Assembly (NCBI GenBank): GCA_048886185.1
Contig: JBHLKY010000054.1
Span: 1 to 8,741 of the forward strand
Source: Candidatus Hermodarchaeota archaeon
GTDB lineage: Archaea > Asgardarchaeota > Heimdallarchaeia > Hodarchaeales > Hodarchaeaceae
Direction: 5' to 3'
Length of the DNA stretch: 8,741 bases
Shown: positions 1 to 6,543 of the stretch, piece after piece
Layout: every line of letters begins with the position of its first letter
How positions within the stretch are numbered: position 1 is the stretch's first letter
Notes under the pieces: model-generated
Database searches by the model: none
Told to the model about the DNA's origin: nothing
What the model saw: only the letters and a program-made list of their open reading frames with translations
Program-made: the position numbers and the translations under genes

Positions 1-245
1 TTCGTGGGCGAACTTCTCCACTTAGGAGTTAAGCTCTGCTTCCTACTGTTTGGATTGGAGAGTACTTGGGAGTTTTAAGATGGCTACAAATAATGAGGGT
101 ACCAAGAGAGATTCCGTGCAGTTGATAAATCTACCACTATTGTCATTAATGTTTGCTCACATAACAATGTAAAATTCCCTCGTGTGAATTGAAAAACCAG
201 TATTTTAATTTGAATAAATTCTCGCGAAACATTTTAAAGTGATAG

Positions 246-260
246 TTACGAGTCTCGTAA
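246..260. promoter_or_regulatory. Perfect palindrome, candidate transcription-factor operator upstream of the cytochrome gene
   Basis: TTACGAG-t-CTCGTAA (7-1-7) in an otherwise very AT-rich intergenic region. Confidence 0.4.
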
Positions 261-299
261 TAGTTTCTCAAATTTATTAATTCTTTAATGTAAAAATAT

Positions 300-315
300 T
301 AAAAACATTTAAATT
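300..315 (+). promoter_or_regulatory. Possible archaeal BRE/TATA promoter of the cytochrome gene
   Basis: A-rich AAAAACA followed by TTTAAATT (308-315). The region is AT-rich, so the match is weak. Confidence 0.3.
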
Positions 316-444
316 ATATTATTGATACATTAAAGGAAAGACCAGAGAAATCAATCAGGACTAAAGAAATATTAGTAAAAAAACAATAATTCACCCATTA
401 AGTTACGGTGATGGGTGAGGATTGTGTTTTACGGCGGTATATTA

Positions 445-1836
445 ATGAATAACCAAGAAGAAAAACTAATACATAAGACTAGATGGAATAGTAGAAGATT
501 TCTCCTTTTGTATTGGTTCGCTTTCGTTTTCATTGGGACAGCCGCAGCAGCTGGTTTAGGAACAAGTGTATTAAATCCTAAATTACACCTTAATGAAGTG
601 GATCACAGCTCACTCAACTTACCGAGTGAATGGGCTCCAGAAGACTGTATGGGTTCCATGTGTCACAATGATACGGTCGCCTCTTGGAATGAGACAGGTC
701 ATTCAAAAGCCGGTAAACTTTTATCAAATGGTTCATGGCTTGTAGGAGACGATCATATCTACAATGATACCTTTTTCCGTTCTTGTTACGGAGGCGATGA
801 AGCATTAATTCAATGCCATACTACTCGTTACAACGAAACAGATGGGACCTACTGGACTGGAACTGATGGTGTTAGCTGTGCAGCTTGTCATGAAGAACCA
901 GGCACAATAGATTATGCAGCTGATAGCTGTCAAAGTTGTCACGAATATTCTAGCAATAATATAACTGGAGACTATCAGATGAGTGCACACAGCGGATCAT
1001 ACGAGGATTTATTAGCAGGTGGTTATGCTCCTAGCTATTGTATGCACTGTATGACTGGACAAGGTATGTATATGGATGTGACAGGTAAAGAAGATTTTTT
1101 GACTTCGATCAACTGTGGAACTTGTCATGATCCTCATGATGCAACTAATACAGCCCAACTCAGAGAAGCCGAGGTTATTGACCTCTGTGGGACTTGTCAT
1201 ACTGTTGAAGTATTCGAAGATTCTAGTAATAAACACTTAGCTTACGTAGATGAAGGATGTGTTTCGTGTCATGGTTACCAATTGGATCCCAAACCCTGGA
1301 ATCCCAACAATGCTCGTATAAACCATACTTGGGAAATTAATTTCGAAGATGCCTGCGGACAATGCCACACGGGACAAGTCGATGCACGAAAAGAAATGTT
1401 AGAAAATATTCATGGTGACTATGAAACTTTGAATGCCACATACCATACTCAGGTCGCAAATGTCACTGCTAAAGTTGATGAAGCAAATGGTACAGCTGGA
1501 GTGGATCTGTGCACAATCGAAGATGCTTATGCTTTGATAGAGGAAGCTGAAGAACTAATTAGTCTACTTGAACATGACGCAAGTCGTGGGTTCCATAATC
1601 CCACAATGATGGAAGATAACTTTGCACTAGCTCTAACCAAACTAAACGAGGCTTACGCTAAAGCTGAGGCTGCTATTGACGGTGAATCACCTGGTACAAC
1701 CAGTATAACTGGTACTACTAGTACTAGTAGTAGTAGTACTAGTAAGGCAGCTAGTACGCCAGGGTACCAATTTTTCGCTGTTTTGGTAGCTATTAGCATC
1801 GTATCAACTGTCTTAATCTATAGAAAGAGACGCTAA
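445..1836 (+). CDS. Cell-surface multiheme c-type cytochrome (up to 9 hemes) of the NrfA/HAO/OcwA structural superfamily, with signal peptide and PGY-TM-basic C-terminal anchor
   Basis: Canonical CxxCH at 877-891, 928-942, 1114-1128, 1186-1200, 1258-1272 and 1354-1368. Non-canonical CMGSMCH (646-666), CYGGDEALIQCH (784-819) and CMHCM (1039-1053). The last hemes are followed by a long helical region with DASRGFHNP (1576-1602), matching the DGSxGxHNP motif of cytochrome c552/NrfA-type C-termini. Hydrophobic N-terminal signal (FLLLYWFAFVFIGTAAAAG), Ser/Thr linker and TPGY-TM-RKRR tail. ATG at 445 is preferred over the track's GTG at 415, but the start is uncertain. Confidence 0.92.
   Translation: MNNQEEKLIHKTRWNSRRFLLLYWFAFVFIGTAAAAGLGTSVLNPKLHLNEVDHSSLNLPSEWAPEDCMGSMCHNDTVASWNETGHSKAGKLLSNGSWLVGDDHIYNDTFFRSCYGGDEALIQCHTTRYNETDGTYWTGTDGVSCAACHEEPGTIDYAADSCQSCHEYSSNNITGDYQMSAHSGSYEDLLAGGYAPSYCMHCMTGQGMYMDVTGKEDFLTSINCGTCHDPHDATNTAQLREAEVIDLCGTCHTVEVFEDSSNKHLAYVDEGCVSCHGYQLDPKPWNPNNARINHTWEINFEDACGQCHTGQVDARKEMLENIHGDYETLNATYHTQVANVTAKVDEANGTAGVDLCTIEDAYALIEEAEELISLLEHDASRGFHNPTMMEDNFALALTKLNEAYAKAEAAIDGESPGTTSITGTTSTSSSSTSKAASTPGYQFFAVLVAISIVSTVLIYRKRR
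1714..1743 (+). repeat. ACT/AGT trinucleotide low-complexity repeat encoding the Thr/Ser linker (TTSTSSSSTS)
   Basis: Read directly: actactagtactagtagtagtagtactagt. Contains most of a perfect 20-bp palindrome at 1713-1732. Confidence 0.85.
1759..1836 (+). other. PGF-CTERM-like (PGY) protein-sorting signal of the cytochrome
   Basis: PGYQFFAVLVAISIVSTVLIYRKRR-stop after a Ser/Thr linker has the motif + TM helix + basic cluster layout of archaeosortase substrates. The sortase itself is not in the window. Confidence 0.75.
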
Positions 1837-1871
1837 ATAGTTGGTTAATTCCATCTCAAGGAAGCAAAGCA

Positions 1872-1907
1872 ATAACAGCACTGTTGCTGTTATCTTTACC
1901 TTTTTTT
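1872..1907 (+). terminator. Probable terminator downstream of the cytochrome gene (stem-loop plus T-tract)
   Basis: ATAACAGCA-ctgt-TGCTGTTAT (perfect 9-bp stem, 1872-1893) followed by ctttaccTTTTTTT (T7 at 1901-1907), starting 35 nt after the stop codon. Confidence 0.6.
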
Positions 1908-2072
1908 CCAGTACTGTGGGGAAAGAGAAAGGTCTCGTTGTAAAACATGAGTTTGTCGAGACAAGCTTAGATGAAATGATCCTCTAAGATTGAATTGGTT
2001 ATTCATTAGTATACCGCCATATATTACGATCGAATTGATACCCCTTTCAGAAAAAATGAGATGATTTAATAA

Positions 2073-4241
2073 ATGCGAAAAAGTTTATTTACACCCTTTA
2101 AGCCTACTCAACGGCTAAAATATCTATTCATCCCTTTACTAGTGTTACTCATAATCGCTCCAATTATGATGGACTCTCCAATCACTAATAAAGTGTTGGA
2201 TTTGGAAGAGTCTCAAAAACTCACTTCTGATATTTCTCCTAAAGTAAGTAACCACAAACAAGACAGTAATCCTGAAGCATATTTTCCAAATTTTCTTTAT
2301 TATTCAATTTCCTTGGCAGATACTCTAATTGATTACTTATATGACGATGAATCTGGTGGGTTCTTCCGCTCTGTTAATCAGTTCTGGTCTAATGATACCA
2401 TTAATAAGTTGAAGTATTCTTACGATCAAGCTCAAGCTATTCTTGCATTACTGAAGCTTTCTGATGCTGTAATTAATGAATCTGAGCGTGATCTTGCACT
2501 TCATTATGCTCAACTGACTGGTAACTACATGATTACACACCTATATGACGATACATTTGGAGGATTCTATACTTATTCTGGAAGTTCATATAAAAAACCT
2601 GGAGTTAATGGTAAGGTCATCCTTTCTCTCTTGTCTCTTTTCAAGACTACTGGCAATAGTACTTATAGAGATAAAGCCATTGAAGCTTTTGAGTTTATTG
2701 ACAAATTTGGTTGGGATAGTAATAGTGGGGGGTATGTTTACTTATTATCCCACACGGGTATTGTTGCTTCTTCTAATCCCAGTTCAACGGATCCTTATGA
2801 TCCTCAATCAAAAAAAGTGGATCATAATGTGATTATGGGGGAAGCTATACTAGATCTTTACCAGTTAAATTCTGATTCTAAATATCTTTCTAGAGCAATC
2901 GAAATTTATAAATTGATCAACACCTCTTCTAGAGATCCTACAACTGGTTTATTCTATATTGGGTTCAATAGTGATGGAATTGTTGAACCAGATTATACTG
3001 ACATTTTTATCAATTCTCTTGTGCTTGAATTCCTTTCCCAGCTGTATAATGCTACTGATAATAGTGTATATTTTAATGATTTTCAATCTCTAATAAACGC
3101 TGTTCTTTTGAATTTTTGGGATTCTTCCCATGGAGGGCTGTATGCAACACATCCGTATAATAGTCAAGTTGAGAGAGATGATAAAAAATATACAGAAAGA
3201 CAGTTTTATGCAATTAGAGCTCTTGATGAAGCCTACAAACTGACTAACAATAACCTGTATTATAATATAATTCTTGATATTATGGAATTTCTCAATAATA
3301 ATCTTTATGATAATATTCATGGGGGATATTATCTTTTGACAAATGCTGATGGCAGGGAAGGAGATCAAAACTGGAAGGACAAATATTCTGTTACTCAATC
3401 CTTGGCCATGTATGAACTAGCTAATCTCTGGTTATATAGTAAGCCTAGTGTTCTTAATGCTATCTGGTCGCCTTTAAATCCTAGACCAACGGATAATGTT
3501 ACTATTAGAATTGCAGCTTTCGATGCAGATGGTCTTTCCAATGTATTGTTGAATTATTCTATGAACAACCAGCCGTACAAATTAATGGAAATGTCATCTA
3601 ATGATCTAATAGGAAATATGTTCGAAATTATTCTTAATTCTCAACCACATGGAACAACAGTCAATTTTAACATCGTAGTTAATGATACCTTAGGAAACGT
3701 TATAGTGCGAGAATCGTATTTCTTTGTTTGGGAGGTTGATGTGTTACCTCCTCATGTTATGTTATTAGGGGTAGATCCAAGTAATAAGATTCTTGTCAAT
3801 ACTAATTTTAGTATAACTGTGAGTGTACATGATAATCCTACCCAAGGAGATGTTACGAGTACCCGTATGTACTATAAAGAAATAAGTCAATCAAAATGGG
3901 AGTCTAGAGCATTATTTCGAGTCGGAGATTACTTATGGAGGATTGAATTTCCAGATGGTCTCGAAAAACCAAATAATTATGTCTATTTCTTTGAAGCTAT
4001 TGATAATCGTGGGAATTTTGGATTTAGCTCTAATTTTTACTTGGAAATTCAGGATCAGCCAGAAAATTTCCCCTTAACCGCATTTGTAGGTACACTTTTT
4101 TTCATATTATTTATTGTTCCTGGATGCATTATTGTTTTCAAAGAATACGACAAAAATAAAGCTCGTACAACTCTAAAAAACATTAAGAAGACACGTAGCG
4201 CGGCACGGAGGAAAAAGAGAGGGACAAAGCGTATAACGTAA
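2073..4241 (+). CDS. Membrane-anchored extracellular (alpha/alpha)6-toroid protein (AGE-epimerase/YyaL-SSP411-like six-hairpin fold) with two Ig-like domains, C-terminal TM helix and basic cytoplasmic tail
   Basis: N-terminal hydrophobic segment (LFIPLLVLLIIAPIMM). Six repeats YDDESGGFF, YDDTFGGFY, WDSNSGGYV, RDPTTGLFY, WDSSHGGLY and YDNIHGGYY (2340-3332). Two beta-rich repeats (IRIAAFDADGLSNVLLNY; ITVSVHDNPTQGDVTSTRMYY). TM FVGTLFFILFIVPGCIIVF and a Lys/Arg-rich tail. At least 8 N-x-S/T sequons. Fold assignment is by motif recognition; function is unknown. Confidence 0.75.
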   Translation: MRKSLFTPFKPTQRLKYLFIPLLVLLIIAPIMMDSPITNKVLDLEESQKLTSDISPKVSNHKQDSNPEAYFPNFLYYSISLADTLIDYLYDDESGGFFRSVNQFWSNDTINKLKYSYDQAQAILALLKLSDAVINESERDLALHYAQLTGNYMITHLYDDTFGGFYTYSGSSYKKPGVNGKVILSLLSLFKTTGNSTYRDKAIEAFEFIDKFGWDSNSGGYVYLLSHTGIVASSNPSSTDPYDPQSKKVDHNVIMGEAILDLYQLNSDSKYLSRAIEIYKLINTSSRDPTTGLFYIGFNSDGIVEPDYTDIFINSLVLEFLSQLYNATDNSVYFNDFQSLINAVLLNFWDSSHGGLYATHPYNSQVERDDKKYTERQFYAIRALDEAYKLTNNNLYYNIILDIMEFLNNNLYDNIHGGYYLLTNADGREGDQNWKDKYSVTQSLAMYELANLWLYSKPSVLNAIWSPLNPRPTDNVTIRIAAFDADGLSNVLLNYSMNNQPYKLMEMSSNDLIGNMFEIILNSQPHGTTVNFNIVVNDTLGNVIVRESYFFVWEVDVLPPHVMLLGVDPSNKILVNTNFSITVSVHDNPTQGDVTSTRMYYKEISQSKWESRALFRVGDYLWRIEFPDGLEKPNNYVYFFEAIDNRGNFGFSSNFYLEIQDQPENFPLTAFVGTLFFILFIVPGCIIVFKEYDKNKARTTLKNIKKTRSAARRKKRGTKRIT

Positions 4242-4258
4242 CGTATGGAGATATAATA

Positions 4259-6487
4259 ATGATTTATATTGATTTTGGAGCTTTTGGGATGGATTTAGGC
4301 ATGTTACTATTACTTTTTGGTTTGACTGCCCTTTTGTTTGATGTTTTTTTAGTGATCTATGGAGGGTACATTGAAAAGTGGGAAATTTATTCAGAAATAT
4401 GTCTTTCTGCTAGTATTGTGGCTATTATTGTATCCTTCATGTATTTCAGTTATTCAATCATAATAGCTGATTATAGCTTTACCTACGTGAGTGATCATAT
4501 AAATAACAACATGGACTTTTTCTTAAGACTATCAGCCATTTGGTCTGGACAGTCTGGGTCATATTTCTTTTGGGCATTTTTGGTTGCAATAATTTATTTA
4601 ATCTTCAGAGTGATGTTCAGAGAGTACGCGCATGAAACCATTTACTGGCGAGCGTTTGTACTGTCAGCTCTTCAGGTAGCTGTTTTAGTGGCCCTAACAC
4701 TTCTAAGTGATCCGTTTAAATTAAATGATAACCTGGTTTCTGATGGTATTGGATTAAATCCCTTATTAATGACTTATTGGAATCTCATTCACCCTCCAGT
4801 TATTTTCATTGGATATGCTCTATGTTTAATTCCAATGGTCATTGGAATAACAAGAATTTCTATCCTTAAAGATGGCAAAGTTCCAGACTTTGAAGGTAAA
4901 GAAAAATTGGATGCACTCTTTGAATTTATGGTTTCATTGGCATGGCTCGTTTTAAGCTTTGGAATAATAATTGGTGCTTATTGGGCTTATGTCACTCTCG
5001 GTTGGGGTGGTTTCTGGGCATGGGATCCCGTGGAAACTGCTTCATTGATACCTTGGCTCTTTATAACACTTTATTTTCATGGAAAACCATTCTTTGGAAA
5101 AAGTAAATACTTTGCAGATTATATTGTGAGCATGAGCTACATTAGCGCATTGTTTGCCACGTATTTGACAAGAAGTAATATAATTTCAAGTGTACACACA
5201 TTTCAACCAGAAGCAACCTTAGAGAATATTCTTAAACATTTTATCCCAAAAAATAGTTTTCTTATGACCATTATCTTGCGATTCATTCCTGATGAAAGGA
5301 TGTTATTACTTTTCATCGTCATATTAATCACTTTTTTCATTCCACATCTTTTTGGAATTAGGAATAAGGAAATAACAAAGATTCCCCTCTCTTTTGAAAG
5401 AAAAGATCTACAAGGATCTAGATCTGGTATAACTGCATTAAAAGTTTCCTTCATTTCAGGTCTTTTAGGTTCTTATGTTATCATCATTGGTTTAATTGCT
5501 CCAGTCATCTATGATATTATTGGTTATGTGATCACTTTTAGTCCAGAAGGATTTGGTTCAAGCATTATTATAGACCAATTGTTCTTTAATACAGTCATAA
5601 CGATTTTTGGAGGAATTATGTTACTCGCGCAATTTTTCTGCACTTTCTATCCAAGATTAGATGTTAAGAAGAAGCTTGGATTAATGATAAGTGGATTGAT
5701 CGCAGGAATCACATTTTCAGTAGGTGGAATGTTTTATAGAAATGGTTTCCTTGATCAGTTTCTGGGAGAAAAAAATCCACTACTTGTATTATTTAGTAAC
5801 TTCTGGACGACTAGTGACAAAGCAAACCTAATTATTCCTCTTCTATTTCTGGGAGTAGTTGGATTATTGGCGGAATTCATAAACGTGGCATTTAATGAAG
5901 AGAAAAATCTTATCAGGAAAACATCTCAGATACTGTTGCATCTTTCTTTCTTAGTCATTCTTTTTGGTGCATTAATGAGTGCCAATATGACTGTTTCTAG
6001 TCAAATCTTGGTTCAAGAAGGGCGTGAATATCAAATTCAAGGCTCCTCTGTAACAATTACTATTGTGGATTTAGATCAAAGATTCCCCGAATCAGGATTT
6101 AATATTGTAGAATATGATACACAATTCATGTTGTCATCTGGTGCGCGAGTTATTGGATTTGGAATCAGTAGGCTCGCTTATGATAAGGTGAATCGAATGG
6201 ATCATGAGGTAACGATAATTAGTGACCTCTTTTCCAATATTTACATAGTTACTACTGGAGTTTTCGAGAACTCGCTCTCTGGTATCTTTGAGGGTAGTTT
6301 ACTCCAAATTAAAATCATCCCATATATCAATATATTATGGGCTGGATGTATCTTCCTCCTTTTTGCAATTCTTCCTTTGACCGTAGGGAGGTTTATTACT
6401 CTAAAAAAGACTTTTTCATTAAGAGAAATAGAACAAAAAGAAATGAAGACTGAAATAGTATTAAGTGAGAGTGTAATAAATGATTAG
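4259..6487 (+). CDS. ccmF: Cytochrome c synthase / heme lyase CcmF (System I cytochrome c maturation)
   Basis: WWD motif WGGFWAWDPVET (5003-5038), GLNPLL..IHPP (4751-4798), YFH after the WWD domain, TRSNIISSVHTF and a late TM His (LLHLSF). These correspond to the four conserved CcmF histidines. Highly hydrophobic polytopic protein. GGAG lies 8 nt upstream of both ATG 4259 and the alternative ATG 4289. Confidence 0.95.
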   Translation: MIYIDFGAFGMDLGMLLLLFGLTALLFDVFLVIYGGYIEKWEIYSEICLSASIVAIIVSFMYFSYSIIIADYSFTYVSDHINNNMDFFLRLSAIWSGQSGSYFFWAFLVAIIYLIFRVMFREYAHETIYWRAFVLSALQVAVLVALTLLSDPFKLNDNLVSDGIGLNPLLMTYWNLIHPPVIFIGYALCLIPMVIGITRISILKDGKVPDFEGKEKLDALFEFMVSLAWLVLSFGIIIGAYWAYVTLGWGGFWAWDPVETASLIPWLFITLYFHGKPFFGKSKYFADYIVSMSYISALFATYLTRSNIISSVHTFQPEATLENILKHFIPKNSFLMTIILRFIPDERMLLLFIVILITFFIPHLFGIRNKEITKIPLSFERKDLQGSRSGITALKVSFISGLLGSYVIIIGLIAPVIYDIIGYVITFSPEGFGSSIIIDQLFFNTVITIFGGIMLLAQFFCTFYPRLDVKKKLGLMISGLIAGITFSVGGMFYRNGFLDQFLGEKNPLLVLFSNFWTTSDKANLIIPLLFLGVVGLLAEFINVAFNEEKNLIRKTSQILLHLSFLVILFGALMSANMTVSSQILVQEGREYQIQGSSVTITIVDLDQRFPESGFNIVEYDTQFMLSSGARVIGFGISRLAYDKVNRMDHEVTIISDLFSNIYIVTTGVFENSLSGIFEGSLLQIKIIPYINILWAGCIFLLFAILPLTVGRFITLKKTFSLREIEQKEMKTEIVLSESVIND

Positions 6488-6543
6488 ATCCGAAAACCTG
6501 TCGAAGTACGAAGAGGGAGACCCTTTGTTGTACAAGAATATCA

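Noticed and set aside
29-130. Minus-strand peptide ...HLKTPKYSPIQTVG faintly like IS200 TnpA (PxYSPxxIV), plus small hairpins at 1-30
   Set aside because: Only about 33 codons between stops, with no start, no HUH motif and no identifiable IS end. It would need upstream sequence and tBLASTn to be supportable.
415-444. GTG 415 start for the cytochrome
   Set aside because: GGTGA is only 3 nt upstream, which is too close. ATG 445 gives a more typical signal peptide. Not fully excluded.
490-510. NSRRFLL in the cytochrome signal peptide resembles a twin-arginine (Tat) motif
   Set aside because: It is an imperfect match to SRRxFLK, and c-type cytochromes are exported unfolded via Sec for heme attachment outside. 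The RR is more simply the basic n-region.
614-1236. Short minus-strand ORFs 614-805, 805-990 and 1012-1236
   Set aside because: Antisense shadows of the well-supported cytochrome gene, with no motifs.
1510-1512. Lone Cys (GVDLCTIED) in the cytochrome helical domain as a possible heme cross-link like the HAO Tyr
   Set aside because: No positional evidence from sequence alone. It would need a structural model and conservation data.
1940-1985. ATGA...AA...TGA pattern in a 3' hairpin region as a possible SECIS element
   Set aside because: No in-frame TGA in any flanking gene, and I could not build the required kink-turn stem.
2340-3332. Periodic repeats in ORF2 as a DNA repeat or CRISPR-like array
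   Set aside because: Similarity is only at the protein level (six-hairpin fold), with no conserved nucleotide repeat or spacers.
2545-3398. ORFs 2545-2832 (+, alternative frame) and 3090-3398 (-)
   Set aside because: Nested within the 722-aa gene. Their composition reflects frame-shifted AT-rich codons and no domain is recognisable.
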